A stretch of DNA of 64,000 nt from Candidatus Sungiibacteriota bacterium. GTDB lineage: Bacteria > Patescibacteriota > Minisyncoccia > Sungbacterales > SURF-37. This document shows, one piece after another, positions 57,921-64,000 of this stretch (positions within the stretch are counted from its first letter, which is position 1; every line of letters begins with the position of its first letter). The stretch is from positions 1,906-65,905 of the forward strand of contig JACPMF010000006.1 in the NCBI GenBank assembly GCA_016186145.1, written 5' to 3'. The position numbers were made by a program, and so were the translations under genes. The notes under the pieces were generated by a model, which saw nothing but the letters and a program-made list of their open reading frames with translations, had not been told where the DNA came from and did not search any database.

Positions 57921-59138
57921 ATGAACTTATCGCCATCAACAAAACAAATAACGCTTGCGGTTGCGCTCTCTGCCATAATTTTGTCGGCGGTTTTTGCAGC
58001 CGGAGTATTCATAGGGTTTGAGCGAAAGGCCGCAATTGAACAGGTGAGTGGGGTTAGCGCGCCGGAAACCGGAAAACCGTCCGAGGTTGATTTTTCCCTG
58101 TTTTGGAAAGTTTGGGCGCGCCTTCAAGAAAAATATGTTGATCGCTCGCACATCGATTCGCAAAAGCAGGTTTGGGGGGCAATTTCCGGAATGGTGCGCG
58201 CTTTGGGTGATCCGTATACGAACTTTCTCCCGCCGGAAGATACAAAACAATTTCAGGAGGATTTAAACGGGGAATTCGGGGGGATAGGAGCAGAGCTTGG
58301 AATACGAAAAGAAGTACTTACCGTGATCACGCCGCTGAAAAATTCTCCGGCCCAGCGCGCAGGCTTAACGGCTGGCGACAAAATAATCAAAATCGACGAA
58401 GAAGTCACTACCGGGCTTTCACTCGAAGGCGCGGTGCGCCTGATTCGGGGCGAAAAAGGAACTCCGGTTAAACTCTCTGTCCTGCGAAACGGGGAGGAAG
58501 CGCATGAATTTACAATCATCCGCGAAACAATAGTAATTCCGACGATTGAAACCAAAGAGCTTGGCAACGGCGTCTTCTACATACGGCTATTCAGCTTTAA
58601 CGGGCCATCGCCTCAAATCTTCCGTGAAGCCGTTGGCGAATTCCTCGGGTCAAAAAATACAAAACTGGTACTTGATCTTCGCGGAAATGCGGGAGGGTTC
58701 CTCAACGCGGCGGTCGACATCGCCTCGTGGTTCCTGCGAGCAGGGGAGGTGGTTGCACGGGAAAAATACGGAGACGGTTCAGAAGATAATTATCGTTCAA
58801 TCGGCAGGCGGCTTCTCGAGGACATTCCTACGGTAGTCCTAATTGACCAAGGATCAGCTTCAGCCTCTGAAATTCTTGCCGGCGCCCTTCGAGATGTTCG
58901 CGGAATCAAACTCGTCGGGCAAAAATCGTTTGGAAAAGGATCGGTCCAAGAGCTGGTTGAACTTGATGACGGCGCGTCACTGAAGGTAACTATTGCAAAA
59001 TGGCTTACCCCGTCAGGTAAAACCATCGACGGGGAGGGGTTGGAACCGGATGTAGTTGTTGAAATAAAAAAAGAAGATACCGAGGAAGGAAAAGATCCGC
59101 AGTTAGATAAGGCGGTTGAGATATTAAAAGAATTATAA
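57921..59138 (+). CDS. S41 carboxyl-terminal processing protease
   Basis: PDZ domain GGIGAELG, catalytic GSASASEILAGAL and KSFGKGSVQ. Confidence 0.85.
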   Translation: MNLSPSTKQITLAVALSAIILSAVFAAGVFIGFERKAAIEQVSGVSAPETGKPSEVDFSLFWKVWARLQEKYVDRSHIDSQKQVWGAISGMVRALGDPYTNFLPPEDTKQFQEDLNGEFGGIGAELGIRKEVLTVITPLKNSPAQRAGLTAGDKIIKIDEEVTTGLSLEGAVRLIRGEKGTPVKLSVLRNGEEAHEFTIIRETIVIPTIETKELGNGVFYIRLFSFNGPSPQIFREAVGEFLGSKNTKLVLDLRGNAGGFLNAAVDIASWFLRAGEVVAREKYGDGSEDNYRSIGRRLLEDIPTVVLIDQGSASASEILAGALRDVRGIKLVGQKSFGKGSVQELVELDDGASLKVTIAKWLTPSGKTIDGEGLEPDVVVEIKKEDTEEGKDPQLDKAVEILKEL

Positions 59139-59225
59139 ATTTGGGGGCCCCACACAAAAAATTTCCTGCCCCGATTCAATCAAAAAGGCGCGCCACAGCA
59201 CGCCGTAAATAATGGTCGTATATTT

Positions 59226-59582
59226 TTATCTCTCGGTGTAATAAATTTGGAGAGCTGGGCCAGAACCATGGCCGCTAGCGTGCTGTTCCACAGGAACGAT
59301 ACAAAGAATTTTCTTATCTGCAAATTTACGTGCGATATATTCTTTTACCGAGATACCGACAAAACGCCGTGCTTGACTATCAAAAAAGTACACATAAATC
59401 CTGGAGAAATTTTGATGGTCTACTTCTAACTTAACCTCGTCTAGATACACAACATCAGCCGTGATTAAACCAGAACAATTTGTATCCGAGGCGTTTGCGC
59501 CATGATCGCCAGCATAAACGGGAGCAATCAGAATCGCAGTTAGTATGACTGTGATGCCGAAAACGACCCGGTAAATGAACAT
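59226..59582 (-). CDS. secreted hypothetical protein
   Basis: 118 aa with a signal peptide ending VYAGDHG. Confidence 0.5.
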   Translation of the reverse strand: MFIYRVVFGITVILTAILIAPVYAGDHGANASDTNCSGLITADVVYLDEVKLEVDHQNFSRIYVYFFDSQARRFVGISVKEYIARKFADKKILCIVPVEQHASGHGSGPALQIYYTER

Positions 59583-59710
59583 ATTTCTCCTCCAGGGTTT
59601 AAAATTTCAAAATACCAACATAGTGTTCAAATGGTAACACGGGGTATAAAAATGTCAAAGGAGTTGGAAATAAAAATAGCCGGTTGGATACAGGGGGCGT
59701 TTTTTAGAAT

Positions 59711-60154
59711 ATGAAAGTTATATTTTTACAAGATATAGCAAAACTTGGTAAAAAACATGAAGTTAAGGATGTAAGCGACGGATACGCGCGGAATTTTTTG
59801 TTGCCGAGAGGTCTCGCAAAACCCGCCGGTGATACGGCATTAAAAGCCGTTGCCAAAGAAAAAGCTGTGGCCGGTCAAAGGGCGGCTGAAGAAAAAAAGC
59901 ACTATGAGAACATTTCAAAAATGCTTGCTGATAAAGCTATTGTTATAAAAACCAAAGTAGGGGAGCGGGGAAAGGCGTTTGGCGCCGTGACCGCCGCACG
60001 CATCAATGACGCCCTAAGGCAAGAAAATATTTCAATTGAAAAAGAGTGGATCCTCCTCGATCATCCGATTAAAAAAACCGGAGAAGTAATAATTCCGGTG
60101 AGGTTTCCGCACGGGATTACCGGCGAAATCAGAATCAATATTATAGGAGAATAA
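59711..60154 (+). CDS. rplI: 50S ribosomal protein L9
   Basis: MKVIFLQDIAKLGKKHEVKDVSDGYARNFLLPRGLA. Confidence 0.9.
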   Translation: MKVIFLQDIAKLGKKHEVKDVSDGYARNFLLPRGLAKPAGDTALKAVAKEKAVAGQRAAEEKKHYENISKMLADKAIVIKTKVGERGKAFGAVTAARINDALRQENISIEKEWILLDHPIKKTGEVIIPVRFPHGITGEIRINIIGE

Positions 60155-60164
60155 AAAACGATAA

Positions 60165-60443
60165 CTAAACCGCGAGAACATTGATAACACTAACTCGTCT
60201 CATTCTTCCGTTGAATTTTGTTTTCCGCCTTTCTGTAAACTTCACAACGCCGGAGTGCATTGCATACAGCGTATCGTCTCCGCCTCTTTTCACATTCTTT
60301 CCAGGGTAAAACTTCGTCCCTCGCTGGCGAATTAAAATAGAACCGGCATTCACGCGTTCTCCATCGAATTTTTTAACCCCCAGGTATTTGGGCCCGGAAT
60401 CCCGGGCATTTTTTGCAGCTCCGGAAGATTTTGTATGTGCCAT
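60165..60443 (-). CDS. rpmA: 50S ribosomal protein L27
   Basis: [31 protein letters not shown]. Start placed at the L27-like ATG. Confidence 0.85.
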   Translation of the reverse strand: MAHTKSSGAAKNARDSGPKYLGVKKFDGERVNAGSILIRQRGTKFYPGKNVKRGGDDTLYAMHSGVVKFTERRKTKFNGRMRRVSVINVLAV

Positions 60444-60605
60444 TTTTGCCAGCGAGTCCGTTAGGACGAGATGTTGCAAAAATGAGCATCCCGTACTAAA
60501 ATTTATCGGACTAAGTTAGATGCGAATTGTTAATTTTAAGTAAGCTCCCGGCCAAACTTATACAGGCTGGATGTAAATTTTAGTGCGGGATGCCATCTGC
60601 CCTAG

Positions 60606-61094
60606 ATGGAGCTGGGTCAGACTTGGCGAAGCGCGCCATGCCTTATTTACAAAAGCCATAAAAGGGCGGGGTGCCAATACTTAATATTTTTTATGCTATC
60701 AAACCACCTCAAAAAACTCAATACCCTTCTTTCCGCGCACAAAACCGATCTTTCGGTAGCGTTTTTAATTTTTCTGGCAAGCATGGCCAGTTTCGGCCTT
60801 GGCCGCCTTTCATCCGTATGGCCGAAAAAAGAGCCGATCACCGTTACGGAAAATGATAAATTACAAATGCTGAATGCTGAATCAAAAAACAGGCGAAATG
60901 TTGCGGCTTCATCATTCATCATTCAGAATTCAGCATTAAGCAAATATGTTGCATCAAAATCAGGCAGCGCGTATCATTTTCCATGGTGCGCCGGAGCGCA
61001 AAAAATAAAAGATAAAAATAAAATCTTGTTTAATTCAAAAGAAGAAGCGGAAAAAGCCGGATACAAACCGGCAGGGAACTGCCCGGGGTTATAG
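60606..61094 (+). CDS. membrane-anchored protein with a C-terminal Ada-like Zn-ribbon domain
   Basis: One TM helix. C-terminus YHFPWCAGAQKIKDKNKILFNSKEEAEKAGYKPAGNC resembles the Ada metal-binding fold. Confidence 0.45.
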   Translation: MELGQTWRSAPCLIYKSHKRAGCQYLIFFMLSNHLKKLNTLLSAHKTDLSVAFLIFLASMASFGLGRLSSVWPKKEPITVTENDKLQMLNAESKNRRNVAASSFIIQNSALSKYVASKSGSAYHFPWCAGAQKIKDKNKILFNSKEEAEKAGYKPAGNCPGL

Positions 61095-61100
61095 TCTTTA

Positions 61101-62267
61101 TTAACCGGGGCTTACTTTTTTCTGGCTCGCAGTTAAAACCGTAAATTCTTTGATAAGAACCCTCGCGGCTTCAATTTCTTGGCGAATATGCGGAGGTAGT
61201 TGTTTCTCCACTAATTTTAATTTCTTATCATCGGCTTCCAGTATATCCTCCCATTTACCGAGCGGTTCAAGAATAGCGCGCACTTTTTCAAAATCATACG
61301 CGAACCTCTTTTGCAGCGATTTTGAGATAAAACCGCCCTCGCCGAACACTCGATCATAACCGCCGCGTTCCATGTATTCCCGTATTTTTTGCTTCAGTTC
61401 AGCCATTCGCGCTTCTGTAGCGGCATTATTTTTAACTAAATCAAAATACTCCTTAAGCGCCGCGTCAATTTCCTCTTGATTCTTGATTCCTGGATCCTGA
61501 CTCCGGTATAAATGCTTCCACGCCGGACATATGGGCTTAAACGCGCACCAGTCGCAAAGAGGGGAGGGATTTGGTTCAAAACGCTCTGCGGCCCCAAGTT
61601 TCTTCGCGATTTCCCGGATGGCATCAAGGACGCCCTGCCGGGTCAACTCGATTTCTTCCTGCGTTCGCGCGGTTGAGAGTTTTTCGCCGTGCTTCAAAAA
61701 GTAAAGAGAAAGTTTAATGTGGCTCGGCTCCAATTGAGGCCATTTTTTTTGAAGGCCGAGGTGATACAAAGAAAGCTGAAAATCTGCATCGACTTTTTCC
61801 TGCGACGGCAGTTTCTTTGCGGTTTTATAATCAATGATTTCAAACGTACCGTCTTCTAACTTGTCGATCCGGTCGATTTTCCCGGCCAGGGTATGCGTTT
61901 CGCTGGAAATTGGATCCTCAATCAGCACCTCGAATTTCGATTCCAAATCCACTACTGAAAAATTCCAAGGGGCATTTTTTGCATAGAAATTTTTGAGCAT
62001 GCCAAGGGCGCTTTCGCGATATGCTTCTCGTTCCGCATCCTGCCAATTCATGCTTTTTGCATCAAAATTTTCACGAAAATACGCCGCAACCTGACCAAGG
62101 GTAGGGTAGAGCGGATCACGGCTGAACATAAATTTAAGCGCGTCGTGAACCAAAGTGCCAAAAATCGCCTCCTTGCTCTTTGGAGCCCGAATCCTATCGA
62201 TTTCTTGAAATTTGTACTTCTGCGGGCACTGTCGGTAGGTGTCCAACGCAGAATACGAGGTACGCAT
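61101..62267 (-). CDS. PD-(D/E)XK nuclease with a Cas4/AddB-like C-terminal Cys cluster
   Basis: GKIDRIDKLEDGTFEIIDYKTAKK (D...E-x-K) and CDWCAFKPICPAW. Confidence 0.65.
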   Translation of the reverse strand: MRTSYSALDTYRQCPQKYKFQEIDRIRAPKSKEAIFGTLVHDALKFMFSRDPLYPTLGQVAAYFRENFDAKSMNWQDAEREAYRESALGMLKNFYAKNAPWNFSVVDLESKFEVLIEDPISSETHTLAGKIDRIDKLEDGTFEIIDYKTAKKLPSQEKVDADFQLSLYHLGLQKKWPQLEPSHIKLSLYFLKHGEKLSTARTQEEIELTRQGVLDAIREIAKKLGAAERFEPNPSPLCDWCAFKPICPAWKHLYRSQDPGIKNQEEIDAALKEYFDLVKNNAATEARMAELKQKIREYMERGGYDRVFGEGGFISKSLQKRFAYDFEKVRAILEPLGKWEDILEADDKKLKLVEKQLPPHIRQEIEAARVLIKEFTVLTASQKKVSPG

Positions 62268-62278
62268 AAATCAATAGA

Positions 62279-62524
62279 TCAATAAAAATACGTCGTAAAC
62301 ACGATATAGCCGTCGACAAAAAGACCGGCTATGCCAACGGCAAAAAGAAAAAAGAGAGACCACCGCGGAAGTGGTCTTCTGAATCTTAAACCCCAAACGG
62401 CAAGAACGATAATAAAGCCAAAAACCAAAATACCAAAGATGTCAAAAAATTGCGGTTGCGGTATGGACATAAGGGAATATGAGCAGGTGAGTGTTGTTTT
62501 TTTGGTCTTTTTGTAAAAAGGCAA
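62279..62524 (-). CDS. small membrane protein
   Basis: 81 aa with two TM helices. Confidence 0.4.
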   Translation of the reverse strand: MPFYKKTKKTTLTCSYSLMSIPQPQFFDIFGILVFGFIIVLAVWGLRFRRPLPRWSLFFLFAVGIAGLFVDGYIVFTTYFY

Positions 62525-62556
62525 CGTCGCACAATCATACTTTTGCGACGTTTATT

Positions 62557-62940
62557 TTATATCCCATCGATTAATTGGCGGATTATGCGGGCGATGCCCT
62601 CAAGGACTATTACGAAAATTTTCCCGATAAACTGAAAAAACTTCAAGAGATCCACACCTGTTTCTTTGGTTATTTGAACATTAAGCTCGGAAACTTTTTC
62701 CGGGTCAACTTCAACTTCTCTTACTCCCGTACCCGGCAATGGCACTTTAACATACTGCTGGAGCGTATTAAACAGCTTTTCCGGCTGAAGAATTTGCAAA
62801 ATAGCATCCCGCGCTGTTGGCTTGTTTCCTGCGGAGGGCGCTTCCAAAACGATTAATTCTTGACCCTGAGCATATAAAAATCCGCATGGAACCGCGACAA
62901 CTGCCGCTGAAATGGACAAAACAATAAATATGTTTTTCAT
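62557..62940 (-). CDS. secreted hypothetical protein
   Basis: Signal peptide MKNIFIVLSISAAVVAVPCGFLYAQ. Confidence 0.5.
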   Translation of the reverse strand: MKNIFIVLSISAAVVAVPCGFLYAQGQELIVLEAPSAGNKPTARDAILQILQPEKLFNTLQQYVKVPLPGTGVREVEVDPEKVSELNVQITKETGVDLLKFFQFIGKIFVIVLEGIARIIRQLIDGI

Positions 62941-62980
62941 ATAATGGCTCGCAAAGTGCCACCCTTATTATACCTCCGCC

Positions 62981-63928
62981 TTAAAGATAATCCAAAGGGT
63001 TAAGATAAGCGCTGGTAGGCGCAATCGGCAGCGTCATTTGGCGGCCGCACACACGGGACCGAATCGAAGTAACTTCTACCGCGTTAGCGACAAAAGCTCC
63101 GAAATGGAGATGAGGGCCGGTTGCATAGCCGGTTTTCCCTGAAAACCCGATTCTGTCCCCACGCGCCACTTCTTGTCCCGTTGATGCATGGATTGCCGAA
63201 AGGTGCGTGTAAAGAGTTGCAAGGTTATTGGGATGACGGATTAAAATCCATTTTCCATATGAGGCGCCGCGGCACCCGATATCCGTATCCCCAACCGCAG
63301 TTATCACGCCGCCGTCTGCCGCAAACACCGGCGTTCCAATATCCGCCCGCAGGTCAACGCCATTATGCCCTTTACCGTTATAGCCGCCGCGCCGGGCAAA
63401 ATCCGTATTGCCAAAATACTGCGTGATGCAATTTTTTGCTCCTTGGCCGCCATTCCAACACGACTTCAATGAAATGTCGGAAAGGGGCCAACCCAAAATG
63501 CCGGAGCCGCGCAAAGGAATCGAAGACGGATCCAGCGTAAAGCCGATTTTTTGCTCAATTTCCTGAATTTCGTTTTCGAGCGCGGCCCTCTTTTTTTCTT
63601 GCTCCTGAAGAAGAGCTTGATACTTTTTCTCTTGATTTTGAGTTTCCTGAAGAAGTTGCGCTTGTTCTTTGCGTTCCACGGCATGAAGACTTCTTTCATC
63701 AGCCAAAGTCCTCAAAAGCCCCGCAAGTTCCTGATTCTTTGCTTTTGCCGCCTCATTGGATTCTTCTAAACCTTGTTTTAACACGCGCAGTTCAACGAGT
63801 TTTTTCTGGAGTTCGCCTTCAAAACTGATAATTGAATAAAATGAATTAAAAAAACCGGCAAGCGATTTATATTTTGCAACCAGCTGCAGCAGCCCTTCTT
63901 CATCTTGCCGGGAAAGAGAAACCATCAA
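62981..63928 (-). CDS. M23-family (LytM/EnvC-like) peptidase with an N-terminal coiled coil
   Basis: GHNGVDLRADIGTPVFAADGG and HLHFG motifs. Q/E-rich coiled coil. Confidence 0.8.
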   Translation of the reverse strand: MMVSLSRQDEEGLLQLVAKYKSLAGFFNSFYSIISFEGELQKKLVELRVLKQGLEESNEAAKAKNQELAGLLRTLADERSLHAVERKEQAQLLQETQNQEKKYQALLQEQEKKRAALENEIQEIEQKIGFTLDPSSIPLRGSGILGWPLSDISLKSCWNGGQGAKNCITQYFGNTDFARRGGYNGKGHNGVDLRADIGTPVFAADGGVITAVGDTDIGCRGASYGKWILIRHPNNLATLYTHLSAIHASTGQEVARGDRIGFSGKTGYATGPHLHFGAFVANAVEVTSIRSRVCGRQMTLPIAPTSAYLNPLDYL

Positions 63929-64000
63929 CGCCGCAAGCGAAACCCGCGAATTGCCTATTGCTCCGGCTTTCCCCCTTATTTCACCATCAAGCTCCCGTAT

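Noticed and set aside
1-64000. Alternative genetic code with TGA as sense (as in some CPR lineages), prompted by the in-frame TGA at 27171
   Set aside because: Many confidently identified genes (dnaX, L21 and others) end at TGA, often in ATGA overlaps with the next start. ORF lengths match their protein families under code 11.

Overview
This 64 kb window has three parts. The core region contains housekeeping genes, including dnaX, recR, dnaB, the infA-rpmJ-rpsM-rpsK-rpsD-rpoA-rplQ operon, rplM-rpsI, murA, mreB, nusB, rnc, smc, htpX, dnaG, rpoD, murC, rplI and rpmA. A cluster of three GT4 glycosyltransferases with a debranching-like hydrolase and a SET-domain protein sits at about 20.9-26.9 kb. 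An accessory region at about 3.6-20.8 kb starts right after tRNA-Gln(UUG). The first block of that region has lower GC and looks like a defense island. It carries a type I restriction-modification system whose methyltransferase and specificity subunits are fused and carry an N-terminal HTH, followed by hsdR and an operon-coupled KAP P-loop NTPase. It then carries three unknown genes: a PD-(D/E)XK-like 467 aa protein, a HEPN-like 217 aa protein and a 134 aa GIY-YIG protein. The second block encodes large secreted proteins and a tandem Cys-rich repeat protein. Three related direct-repeat modules, each with a terminator hairpin, sit at 3731, 14911 and 20647 and bracket these blocks. tRNA-like fragments and 28-bp direct repeats lie inside the accessory region. 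The core region has several families of about 100-bp palindromic hexamer-array elements that run up to the start codons of unrelated genes. Five copies of one family each include a conserved mini-uORF. The strongest candidates for an undescribed system are the RM-coupled KAP NTPase and the PD-(D/E)XK/HEPN/GIY-YIG trio. All functional calls rest on motif recognition by eye; no searches were run.
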